Part shown: positions 20,102 through 28,412 of the stretch, one piece after another
How the letters are laid out: every line of letters starts with the position of its first letter
Position numbering within the stretch: the first letter of the stretch is position 1
Source of the DNA: an uncultured Gemmatimonadales bacterium
GTDB taxonomy: Bacteria; Gemmatimonadota; Gemmatimonadetes; Gemmatimonadales; GWC2-71-9
Length of the DNA stretch: 64,000 nucleotides
Direction of reading: 5' to 3'
NCBI GenBank assembly: GCA_963798915.1
Contig: CAWCVB010000002.1
Location: 720,223 to 784,222 of the forward strand
Position numbers and translations under genes: made by a program
The notes under the pieces: generated by a model
The model's input: only the letters and a program-made list of their open reading frames with translations
What the model was told of the DNA's origin: nothing
Database searches by the model: none

Positions 20102-22716
20102 CGAATGGCTCCCCATGTGGCGGTGAGCGAATCATACGCCGGCTTGGGCCGGGCAAACCATGCCGGCTCGCTCCAGCCAGACCAGCGCCATCCGGGCGAC
20201 GGGCCAAGCTGCTCGTGCGTCCCGGTTCGCTGGTCGTAGGCCGTGACGAGGAAATGAAACTCGCCCGCCGTCACGGTGCCGAAGCCGCCGGTGGCGTTGC
20301 GCTCGTAGAGCAGGGTCCGGGATGAGGGGTCACTCACATTGAGCAGGTCCCACGGGATCCGGATCTGCAGCAGGCTGGCCGCGCGATCAAGATACCAGTC
20401 GGCCAGCGTACTCGTCGCTGCGCGGCCGAACTTCAGGCGGCCGCGGTTGACCCCCTGCGCCGGATAGAAGGTGCCGTCCCGGCCGAAGCGGGCTCGATTG
20501 GTGACAACGAACATGCTGTCGAACCGGCCATCCTCCCGATTGACCACACTGATGGGGCGATGATAGAAGCGTCCGAGATCATCGCCCGACCGCGGGTCCG
20601 CGATGGATGAATACCGGTTGTATTCCGGCAGCACCCTGATCTCGCCGCTGTCGGGTGAGGGAAGACTCACCAGGAATTCGTATCCCAGCGCCGATCGAAC
20701 CTGGCTATGCGGCAGGCGATGCTGGCCCACGCTGTCGCGCCAGGTGTCGATGGCGATCTGGAAGGCGGTCGACGGTCTACGGTCGACGGTCGGCCGTTGA
20801 CTGTAGACTGTTGACCGTTGGCCGTTGACCTCCACTGCCAGATACACATAGGCCCCATCCGCCCCCACGTGCAGCGCCGTGAGCTGGCCGCCGCCCCGGG
20901 CGACCACCGGCAGTCGGCGCCAGCGCGCGGGATCACCGCCCGGTTCGGGCCGGTTCGCCGAATCGCCGGCGTACATGCCGATCAGGCCGTAGTTCTGCTC
21001 CGCATCCATCACGTTGTGCCAGCGACGGTTGTTCTCGGCGGGCAGCTCAAAATCAGTCACGACCCAGTTCTTCTTGAACCACTCGTCGATCCAGGCAAAC
21101 ACCAGTCCGCCGGCCGCGCCGGCGGCGTGCAGGTCACGGGTGAGGCGGGCATCAATGCGTGCCATCGCCTGCTCATCATGGCCACCATGGTCCCAGCCCT
21201 GCGGCTGGAGGTGGGCATCTCCCCGGCTGGACGGCACCCCGTATTCCGCAATCAGGACCGGGATGTTCGCGTGATGTCGTATCAGCGCCGCCAGGTAGCC
21301 GAAATAATTGGAGCGTCCCTCGGGGGAGCGTGCCTCATTGTACTCCCGATCATACAGCATGAAATCGGGATAGTAGGGATAGGCATGGTAGCTCGCGAAC
21401 CAGCCGGCTGGATTGGCAGCGGTGGCATGCACCAGTGCCGCATCAAGTCCGATGGCGTCATTGTCGTACTCGAGCCGATTGCCCTCCGCCTGCCGACCCG
21501 CACGCCGACGCCAGTCACGCTCTTCCTCGCCGCTCGATTCGGTCGGATGGCTCAGCGGGTCGAGGGTTGGCCAATTGGTGTAGGCGATGGGTCTCAGGGC
21601 GTGCCAGCGGTCGAACTCATACGCCAGCATCGAGTCACATTGCCGCGCCATCCACCGATCCATGGCCGGTGCCGAGGCGGCCGCGAGAAAGCGGCCCCGA
21701 TAGGGCGCCAGTCCCGGATGCCGCGTATCGAATGCCAGCACCGCATAGGGCTCCCATTCCCGGCCGATGATGTACGCCAGTGTCCACGGCGCCACGTCGG
21801 CATCATACCGCCCATGGGCGTGGCCGGGTCGCACCGCCAACTGGGCATGTCCATGAATCAGGTCCACCACCCGATGCATCTCGGACCGGAACTCGTTTTC
21901 GAATCGCGGAGCATCGAATGCGTCGTCCGGTGGCAGTTCAGTCCACACCCCGTGCACCAGCCACAGGAGGCTGTCAGGGTGCTGCAGATTCCAGCCCCGG
22001 AGTGCGCGGTAGAACTCAGGCGGGAGGATGGTGTAGAGTCGCACCGTATTGGCGTTGGCACGCGCCAGCATGGCGAACCAACCGGCGTACAGCCCCGAAT
22101 CGGCAGGGAACTCGGAGGGATACTTGCCGGGCAGGGCAACGCCCATGTTGACTCCCTTGACCCAGATCGGCATCCAGTGTCCCTGACGAAGCACCTCGAA
22201 CCTGGTGCCAAGAACCCGCGCCGTTTGTCGCAGCACTGATGGCCGGCGGGATTCCCGGAGTGCCGGCCGGCGCCAGCCGGGAGTCAGCCGCTCCAGCACT
22301 GCGCCGGCGGTCGGCTCGTCCGGCATGAGCTGCAGGGCCCTGTGTGCTGCCGTCACGGCCGCGGTGGAGTCGCCCCGGCGCTCGCCGGTCAGGGCAAGGC
22401 CAATCCAGGCGTCTCCGTTGGCGGGGTCGGCGGTGACCACAGCGGAAAAAAGCGATTCAGCATGCTCCAGCTGGCCGCCCCTGAGGGCGATGTAGCCGCT
22501 GCCGGTCAATGCGTCCAGGTTGGTGCTGCAGAGAGAAAGTGCATGGCGGAACTGCTGTTTGGCAGCATCCAGCGAGTCAGCGCGGAGCCGGGCCCAGCCG
22601 GCGGTGGATGCCAGGCCGGACGACGCCGGGCAGGGACGTTGTGCCAGGGCCGGCCGGCTGGCAACGAGCAGGAGGCCCAAGGCTCTCCATGCCAATCGCC
22701 GGCCGTGTATGTTCAT
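20098..22716 (-). CDS. Secreted TPR + glycoside-hydrolase-like TIM barrel protein (start uncertain, 22695-22722)
   Basis: KGVNMG..PGKYPSEFP, ANTVRLYTI, IIGREWEP (acid/base Glu), SYHAYPYYP, VLIAEYG (nucleophile Glu), FAWIDEWFK: clan GH-A-like pattern. Confidence 0.75.
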   Translation of the reverse strand: MNIHGRRLAWRALGLLLVASRPALAQRPCPASSGLASTAGWARLRADSLDAAKQQFRHALSLCSTNLDALTGSGYIALRGGQLEHAESLFSAVVTADPANGDAWIGLALTGERRGDSTAAVTAAHRALQLMPDEPTAGAVLERLTPGWRRPALRESRRPSVLRQTARVLGTRFEVLRQGHWMPIWVKGVNMGVALPGKYPSEFPADSGLYAGWFAMLARANANTVRLYTILPPEFYRALRGWNLQHPDSLLWLVHGVWTELPPDDAFDAPRFENEFRSEMHRVVDLIHGHAQLAVRPGHAHGRYDADVAPWTLAYIIGREWEPYAVLAFDTRHPGLAPYRGRFLAAASAPAMDRWMARQCDSMLAYEFDRWHALRPIAYTNWPTLDPLSHPTESSGEEERDWRRRAGRQAEGNRLEYDNDAIGLDAALVHATAANPAGWFASYHAYPYYPDFMLYDREYNEARSPEGRSNYFGYLAALIRHHANIPVLIAEYGVPSSRGDAHLQPQGWDHGGHDEQAMARIDARLTRDLHAAGAAGGLVFAWIDEWFKKNWVVTDFELPAENNRRWHNVMDAEQNYGLIGMYAGDSANRPEPGGDPARWRRLPVVARGGGQLTALHVGADGAYVYLAVEVNGQRSTVYSQRPTVDRRPSTAFQIAIDTWRDSVGQHRLPHSQVRSALGYEFLVSLPSPDSGEIRVLPEYNRYSSIADPRSGDDLGRFYHRPISVVNREDGRFDSMFVVTNRARFGRDGTFYPAQGVNRGRLKFGRAATSTLADWYLDRAASLLQIRIPWDLLNVSDPSSRTLLYERNATGGFGTVTAGEFHFLVTAYDQRTGTHEQLGPSPGWRWSGWSEPAWFARPKPAYDSLTATWGAIR
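20767..20830. repeat. In-frame palindromic heptamer array inside the GH gene
   Basis: GGTCGAC/GGTCTAC arm then GTTGACT/GTTGACC arm; encodes VNGQRSTVYSQRPTVDRRPST. Confidence 0.85.
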
Positions 22717-22720
22717 GCGC

Positions 22721-23119
22721 ATGGACGAGCCAATGTCTGAAGTGCGTACGCCCGACACCCGGGCGCTGGGGCGGACGCTGGTGGACACGTTCGGCAAGGG
22801 GTGGGCCAAAGGTAATGTGGAGCTCCTGCTCAGTGTCTTTACGGCTGATGCCGTCTTTGCCGACACGCCCCACGCGGAGCCGCTGCGCGGCATCGACGCG
22901 ATTCGCGAATACTGGGTCGAGACTCCCTACCATCAGTCCGAAATCACCTTCACCTCGGGCGAGATCTTCTCGGTCGGCCCGTGGTTCTCGGCCGAGTACA
23001 AGTGCGTCTTTCGCCGCCGGCGCACCGGTCAGTGGATGGACATTCGAGGAGCCATGTTCTGCGAAACGGCGGACCAGCGCATCAGTGAAATGCGACTGTA
23101 CTGGCACCGGGTACCGTGA
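22721..23119 (+). CDS. SnoaL-like/NTF2 family protein
   Basis: LLSVFTADAVFADTP...LRGIDAIREYW; ends ISEMRLYW; TATGTT -10 element 7 nt before ATG 22721. Confidence 0.8.
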   Translation: MDEPMSEVRTPDTRALGRTLVDTFGKGWAKGNVELLLSVFTADAVFADTPHAEPLRGIDAIREYWVETPYHQSEITFTSGEIFSVGPWFSAEYKCVFRRRRTGQWMDIRGAMFCETADQRISEMRLYWHRVP

Positions 23120-23120
23120 A

Positions 23121-23185
23121 GACGGTCGCTACGGCGCTACGGTCGACGGTCAACAGTCGACTGTAGACCCGTAGACTGTCGACCG
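23121..23185. repeat. Palindromic heptamer array after stop codon
   Basis: GGTCGACGGTCAACAGTCGACTGTAGAC...CTGTCGACC. Confidence 0.8.
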
Positions 23186-23227
23186 AGCGTCCCCGCTGGC
23201 GGACGTCCCGGAACCAAATCTGAGCGT

Positions 23228-23274
23228 CAAGTGTTTATGCCATAACGACTTGGTCCTATGGCACGAGGCTCGCA
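23228..23274 (+). promoter_or_regulatory. Putative sigma54 -24/-12 promoter with upstream AT-rich palindrome (IHF-like site)
   Basis: TGGCACGAGGCTCGCA at 23259-23274 (GG-N10-GC); CAAGTGTTTATG-C-CATAACGACTTG at 23228-23252. Confidence 0.6.
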
Positions 23275-23325
23275 GTTCCAGTTTGAGCGCCTGTTTTCCT
23301 GGTTGTCCAGCTTTCCGGAGGCGAT

Positions 23326-24840
23326 ATGTTCGCCACAATCCTCCTCTCTCTTCTGGTTCCTGCACCGCTACCCGCCCTGGCGGTCGCATCGCAGGATCCG
23401 GCCATCCGGATCGAACTCAACAACGATCGCCAGTTCGTGCGCGGTGAGCACGGCAAGGTCAAGATCCGCACCGACGATGACGGCTTCCTGGTGGTGCTCC
23501 ACGCCGACCCGGACGGCCGTGTCCGCGTGCTCTTTCCGCTGGACCCGGGTGACGACAATTACGTCCGCGGGCATCACACCTATGAGCTGCGCGACCGGGG
23601 TGACCGTGAGACCTTCACGGTCGAGGCTGGCTCGGGGCAGGGAGCCATCTACGCCGCCGTCTCCCGTGATCCATTCCGTTTCGATGGCTTTACCCTCAAC
23701 CGGCACTGGGATTATGACGCGCTGAACACCGAAGACCCGGGCAGCGACCCGGAGCCGGTGCTTGGGGACCTGGTGCAGCGGATGGCCAGCGGCCGGTACG
23801 ACTACGACTACGTCACCTACGACGTCTATGAGAGCGCCTATTCGAGCGTGAGCTACGGATCGCCTGCCGTGGTGTACACGCCGTCGTCGTACTACTACAG
23901 CTCCTACTACTGCGATCCATTCTACAATTACTATTGCGATCCCTATTACTACTCGCCGTCGCGCTTCAATGTGGCGATCAGTGTCGGTTCGCCGTACTAC
24001 TATCGGCCGTATTACTATGACCCGTTCTACTACGGGTATTATTCGCCGTACTACTATCGTCCGGCGCGTTACTACGGCTATCCCTCGTATCCCTACTACA
24101 ACAGCCCGGGCGGCGTCGGCTATCGTCCGCGTTATTCCACGCCGTCGGAGTTCAAGCAGACCGACCGTCTCTGGAATGGCGCGCCCTATCGCGATCGGTT
24201 GAGCGCCTCACCGGTCCGGTCGGTGAATACGGTCTACGATCCTGCGCCAGTGCGCCGCGGAACGACCCAGGGCGACATGGGCCGGTCGCCGGTGCAGAGC
24301 TCGCCGCCCGCCGCCTCGGCATCGCCACGCCGTCGTGTGGAGGCGTCGCCGTCCAGGAGCGGATCGGCCGCACCAGCGGAGCGGCAGGCCCCCGAGCGGC
24401 GGCAGGCGGCACCCGCCAGGACCGAGCCGCGCAGCGAACCGCGTCAAAGTTCGCCGCCATCGCGGGAAGCCACTCCAAGCCGTCGCCGTCGCGAGGGCAC
24501 GCCCCAGGGTGCGCCGGAGCTGCAGCGCCGGACCGAGCCTTCGAGCTCGCCACGCGCCCAGCGGGCCGAACCGGAGCGTCGCGGGACCCGGGTGAGCCGT
24601 CCGGAAGCGAGCACCAGCCGCCCGAGCACCAGCCGCCCGACCCCAATCCGGTCAGAGCCAGTCCGCCGGTCGGTTGAGCGGCCCGCCCCGCAGGTGCGGC
24701 AGGCTCCGAGATCAGAGCCGGCAGCCCGATCGGCTCCGCCACCCCGGAGCGCGGGGCCATCACGGGCGAGCGCGCCGGCCCCCTCTCGAGGGTCGAGCGG
24801 TGGCGGTGGTGGGGGCGGGGGGCGACGGGGACCGCGGTAA
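23326..24840 (+). CDS. Secreted DUF4384-domain protein with Tyr-rich and Pro/Arg/Ser-rich disordered tail
   Basis: GGAGG RBS; signal peptide; GFLVVLHADPDGRVRVLFP; YYCDPFYNYYCDPYYY region; RSAPPPRS...GGGGRR tail. Confidence 0.75.
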   Translation: MFATILLSLLVPAPLPALAVASQDPAIRIELNNDRQFVRGEHGKVKIRTDDDGFLVVLHADPDGRVRVLFPLDPGDDNYVRGHHTYELRDRGDRETFTVEAGSGQGAIYAAVSRDPFRFDGFTLNRHWDYDALNTEDPGSDPEPVLGDLVQRMASGRYDYDYVTYDVYESAYSSVSYGSPAVVYTPSSYYYSSYYCDPFYNYYCDPYYYSPSRFNVAISVGSPYYYRPYYYDPFYYGYYSPYYYRPARYYGYPSYPYYNSPGGVGYRPRYSTPSEFKQTDRLWNGAPYRDRLSASPVRSVNTVYDPAPVRRGTTQGDMGRSPVQSSPPAASASPRRRVEASPSRSGSAAPAERQAPERRQAAPARTEPRSEPRQSSPPSREATPSRRRREGTPQGAPELQRRTEPSSSPRAQRAEPERRGTRVSRPEASTSRPSTSRPTPIRSEPVRRSVERPAPQVRQAPRSEPAARSAPPPRSAGPSRASAPAPSRGSSGGGGGGGGRRGPR

Positions 24841-24865
24841 CACGACGGGCATCTGGGCGCGGCAT

Positions 24866-24895
24866 GCGTAAGGGCGGGTCGCCCTTACGCTTTTT
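24866..24895 (+). terminator. Intrinsic terminator
   Basis: GCGTAAGGGCG-GGT-CGCCCTTACGC 11-bp stem followed by TTTTT. Confidence 0.85.
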
Positions 24896-24907
24896 CGCGC
24901 TTTCGTG

Positions 24908-26923
24908 CTACCAGATGCGCGCCCGCGTCTCCGCCGGTGCCACCATCGGATCTCCTGCCTGACATTTGAATGCCGCCTGGAACTCCGGCATGTTGGCGAG
25001 CGGGCCATTGACGCGCCAGCGGGGCGGAGCATGGGGATCGACATTGACCAGGAGCTTGGCTGACTCCGGCCGGCGCATGGCGCGCCATATCTGGGCCCAT
25101 GCCAGGAAGAAGCGCTGGTTCGTGGTCAGCCCGTCGATGGGTGCCGGTTCGGGTTTGCCTTCGAGTGACTTGCGCAACGCGTGATAGGCAATCGTGAGCC
25201 CGGCAAAATCAGCGATATTCTCTCCCAACGTGAGCTTGCCATTGACGTGGAAGGTGTCCACCGCCAGCAAGCCATTGAATTGCTGGACGACGGCGTCGGC
25301 CCGCTTTTCGAAGGCGGCAGCATCGGCATCCGACCACCAGCCCGAGAGATTGCCCTTGGCGTCGTATTTCCTCCCCTGATCGTCAAAGCCGTGCGAGATC
25401 TCGTGGCCAATCACCGCACCCATGCCGCCATAGTTGACCGCGTCATCCGCCTTGGGGTCGAAGAACGGCGGCTGCATGATTCCGGCCGGGAAGACGACTT
25501 CGTTCATGCCAGAGTTGTAATAGGCATTGACCGTTGGCGGCGTCATGCCCCACTCGGTGCGGTCCACCGGCTTGCCGATCTTGTTGATATTCCTCCGTAC
25601 CTCGAACGCCTGTGAGTGCATGACGTTGACTGCGTAGGGCTGCGCCACGATGTCGAGCCCATCATACGAGCGCCATTTGTCGGGGTAGCCGATCTTGTTG
25701 ACGATGGCGTCCAGCTTGGCATACGCCCGACGCCGGGTGGCGTCGGTCATCCAGTCGAGCTGGCCGATCCGCTCGCGCAGCGAGGCCCGGATGTTATGCA
25801 CCATGGTCAGGGCGCGGGCCTTGGCTTCCGGCGGGAAATGCTCGCGCACAAATGCCTTGCCCAGGATGTCGCCCAGTGCGCGATCGGTAGCCGCGATGCA
25901 TCGCTTCCAGCGTGGCTGCATCTCGGTGACGCCCTGCATCACGGTACTGTTGAACCGGAAGCTCTCGCGCTCGAGGTCGCTGTCCAGCGCCGGCCCCAGC
26001 CTGCGAACCGTGTGCCAGGCGAGGTACTCACGCCACTGCGGTACCGGCACCGCATCGAGCAGCGAGTCCAGCGCGTGATAGAACCGGGGCGCTTCCACGT
26101 TGACGTCCTTCACCGATCCGGCAGCGCGTGCCGCGAGGAACCTGGGCCACGCCATGCCCGGCGCCACGCTGGTCAGGCGGCTGACCGGCATCAGGTGATA
26201 GGTGGTGTCCGGATTGCGACGCTCAACGCGAGTCAGCGACGCCCGGGCCAGTGCCGTTTCCAGCGCAAGCACGTGGTCAGCGGCATCCGCAGCCTGTGCG
26301 GTTCCCACGCCGACGAGTGCCAGCATGTGCGCCACGTGATCCCGGTACGCGTCGCGCAGCGCCACCGAGGCCGAGTCAGTCTTGAGGTAGTAGTCGCGAT
26401 CGGGGAGGCCGAGGCCGCCCTGGGACAGCACGCCGATCATGCGGTCGCTGTGCTTGTCGTCCTGGCCGGCGCGAAACCCGAAACCCGCGTTCACTCCCAA
26501 ATTCTGGAGCCGGGCGATCTCGTGCTCCACACCGGCCCGATCCTGCAGCACACTGATTTCGTCGAGCATCGGCTGGATGGGAACCGTGCCGGTGCGGTCG
26601 ATGGCCGTGGTATCCATGCAGCTGGCGTAGAACATTCCAAGTCGGCGCGCATCGGCACCGGGGCCCGGGCTGGCGGCGGCCGTCTCGAGCGTCTCCTTGA
26701 GCGCGGCATAATTTGCTTCCTGCAGCTCATTGAAGCTGCCCCACGATGCCCGGTCAGCGGGGATGGTGCTTCGCTTGAGCCAGCCTCCGTTGGCATAGGC
26801 AAAGAAGTCCTCGCAGGCGCTGCAGGTCGTATCCATGTTGGCCGGGTCGAGCGGCTTGGCCTGCTGCGCCGCCAGCGGCGCGACTCCTGCGAGCAGGAGC
26901 AGGGCGACAAGCGGTCGGGTCAT
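24908..26923 (-). CDS. M13 family metallopeptidase (PepO/neprilysin-like)
   Basis: CEDFFAYANGGW, GGLGLPDRDYY, VNAYY, VIGHEISHGFD, GENIAD motifs; signal peptide. Confidence 0.95.
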   Translation of the reverse strand: MTRPLVALLLLAGVAPLAAQQAKPLDPANMDTTCSACEDFFAYANGGWLKRSTIPADRASWGSFNELQEANYAALKETLETAAASPGPGADARRLGMFYASCMDTTAIDRTGTVPIQPMLDEISVLQDRAGVEHEIARLQNLGVNAGFGFRAGQDDKHSDRMIGVLSQGGLGLPDRDYYLKTDSASVALRDAYRDHVAHMLALVGVGTAQAADAADHVLALETALARASLTRVERRNPDTTYHLMPVSRLTSVAPGMAWPRFLAARAAGSVKDVNVEAPRFYHALDSLLDAVPVPQWREYLAWHTVRRLGPALDSDLERESFRFNSTVMQGVTEMQPRWKRCIAATDRALGDILGKAFVREHFPPEAKARALTMVHNIRASLRERIGQLDWMTDATRRRAYAKLDAIVNKIGYPDKWRSYDGLDIVAQPYAVNVMHSQAFEVRRNINKIGKPVDRTEWGMTPPTVNAYYNSGMNEVVFPAGIMQPPFFDPKADDAVNYGGMGAVIGHEISHGFDDQGRKYDAKGNLSGWWSDADAAAFEKRADAVVQQFNGLLAVDTFHVNGKLTLGENIADFAGLTIAYHALRKSLEGKPEPAPIDGLTTNQRFFLAWAQIWRAMRRPESAKLLVNVDPHAPPRWRVNGPLANMPEFQAAFKCQAGDPMVAPAETRARIW

Positions 26924-26939
26924 GACGGGTCTCCGTTGC

Positions 26940-27413
26940 TCAGGATGTTGTGGCGTGGCGGTGGGCGTAGTCTAGGCCCCATTCCAGGTATTCCGGGCTG
27001 CGCAGTCCGATGCGCATCGCGCGCTCGACCGCCTCGTCCTCTGGAAGGTCCCGATCCAGGATGAAGTATGCGAGCATGGCGCCACCCACCCGGTTGGCGC
27101 TGCCGCAATGGAAGAACACCGGCTTGTCCCGATGCGCACGCAGGACCGAGAGGATCTGCTCCATTCTGTCGTCGCCGGTGGCTCCGGGGGAGACGGGGAC
27201 ATTCACGTACTCGAGGCCAGCCTGTCGGGCCCGGGCCGGTTCGTCAAAGGGGCGCGGCTCCATGGGATCTCGGATGTCGAGCACCAGCGCACCGCCGGCG
27301 GCCTTGAAGCGCTCCAGCTGTTCAGCGGTGGGCTGGCCGCCGGTGATGATATTGGGCAGGGGCTCGCAGACATTGCGCACGTCCGAAAGCGCAGTCAGGG
27401 CGCTGCTTGGCAT
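26940..27413 (-). CDS. DUF442/phosphatase-like sulfurtransferase domain protein
   Basis: TGGQPTAEQL, GLEYVNVPV, PVFFHCGSANRVG. Confidence 0.75.
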   Translation of the reverse strand: MPSSALTALSDVRNVCEPLPNIITGGQPTAEQLERFKAAGGALVLDIRDPMEPRPFDEPARARQAGLEYVNVPVSPGATGDDRMEQILSVLRAHRDKPVFFHCGSANRVGGAMLAYFILDRDLPEDEAVERAMRIGLRSPEYLEWGLDYAHRHATTS

Positions 27414-27433
27414 AGGGTGAACTCCGCGGTTGG

Positions 27434-27540
27434 GGCTTAGGCGCTGGGCGCTGGGAGCGTTGTTGTCGCATAGCGCATCGCGCATCGCGCATCGCGCATG
27501 GCGCATGGCGCAGCTCCAGCTCTCAGCTCTCAGCTCTATA
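27434..27540. repeat. Heptamer arrays (CGCATCG/CGCATGG and CAGCTCT)
   Basis: CGCATAG CGCATCG x3 CGCATGG x2, then CAGCTCT units overlapping the DUF190 stop. Confidence 0.85.
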
Positions 27541-27861
27541 CATGATCACGTGGGCCCGCTCCAATGTGATCAGCCCGCCGCCGATCATCCGGTCGAGGTC
27601 GGGCAGCACCGAACGAATGGTCTCCTCCGTATCGATGCACTCGATCACCAGCGGCAGGTCCATGGAGAGCCGGAGGGTCTTCTCGGTATGAACTCGCGCG
27701 GTGGCGCCGAACCCGAGGATGCCGCGGAACACTGTGGCGCCAGCACACTGGCGTTCCCGCAGCAGGTGGACGATCGCCTCGTAGAGCGGCCGCCCTTCGT
27801 GCTTGTCCCGTTCGCCGATATGGATGCGCATGAGCATCCGTTCGCCTTCGAATCCGTGCAT
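27523..27861 (-). CDS. DUF190 family protein (PII-like, crcB-associated)
   Basis: MRIHIGERDKHEGRPLYEAIV, GATVFRGILGFG, LSMDLPLVIECID; AGGAG RBS. Confidence 0.92.
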   Translation of the reverse strand: MHGFEGERMLMRIHIGERDKHEGRPLYEAIVHLLRERQCAGATVFRGILGFGATARVHTEKTLRLSMDLPLVIECIDTEETIRSVLPDLDRMIGGGLITLERAHVIMYRAES

Positions 27862-27882
27862 GGGAGCGCTCCTGTAGGACAT

Positions 27883-28035
27883 GGTCGCGGGTCGTCGAGG
27901 GTCGAGGGTCGAGGGTCGAGGGTCGACCAAGCCCACGCTCACGTCCTTCCCGCGTTCGCGGGAGCGACGATGCTGCCAGCTTCGGCCTGCCCATCCTGCC
28001 CATCCTGCCCATCCTGCCTATCCCGTCTACCCTCC
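27883..28035. repeat. Composite repeat: GAGGGTC heptamers, REP-like hairpin and CTGCCCATC nonamers
   Basis: GAGGGTC x4; GTCCTTCCCGCGTTCGCGGGAGCGAC; CTGCCCATC x3-4 abutting the crcB stop. Confidence 0.8.
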
Positions 28036-28392
28036 TGCTGCCCATCCGGTGAACACGGCGCCGATCGAAATCACCAGACTGAGCCCGACATAGACGGCGA
28101 CCCGGCTCCACTCGCCATCCTGCATGAGCTTCATCGAATCATACGTGAAGGTCGAGAATGTGGTGAAGCCGCCGCAGAGCCCGACGGCGAGCGCGGCGCG
28201 CCATTCGGGGCTCACCGTGGGGCTCAGCAGGGACCAGCGCATCACCCAGCCCAGGGCAAATGAGCCAGCAATGTTGATGAGCAGGGTGCCCAGGGGAAAA
28301 TGGGGAGAGACGCGGGCGACGGCGCCGCCCAGCGCATAGCGCAGCACCCCGCCGAGGGCGCTGCCGGCCGCCACGTACCAGATGATGCCCAT
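28027..28392 (-). CDS. crcB: Fluoride efflux channel Fluc/CrcB
   Basis: GSALGGVLRY, FPLGTLLINIAGSF, GLCGGFTTFSTF. Confidence 0.95.
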   Translation of the reverse strand: MGIIWYVAAGSALGGVLRYALGGAVARVSPHFPLGTLLINIAGSFALGWVMRWSLLSPTVSPEWRAALAVGLCGGFTTFSTFTYDSMKLMQDGEWSRVAVYVGLSLVISIGAVFTGWAAGG

Positions 28393-28412
28393 GTGCTCTA
28401 CATTATCCTGCA

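Noticed and set aside
24609..24640. 15-bp tandem duplication (STSRP x2) in the DUF4384 gene
   Set aside because: Ordinary slippage in a low-complexity tail, unrelated to the 7/8/9-mer family
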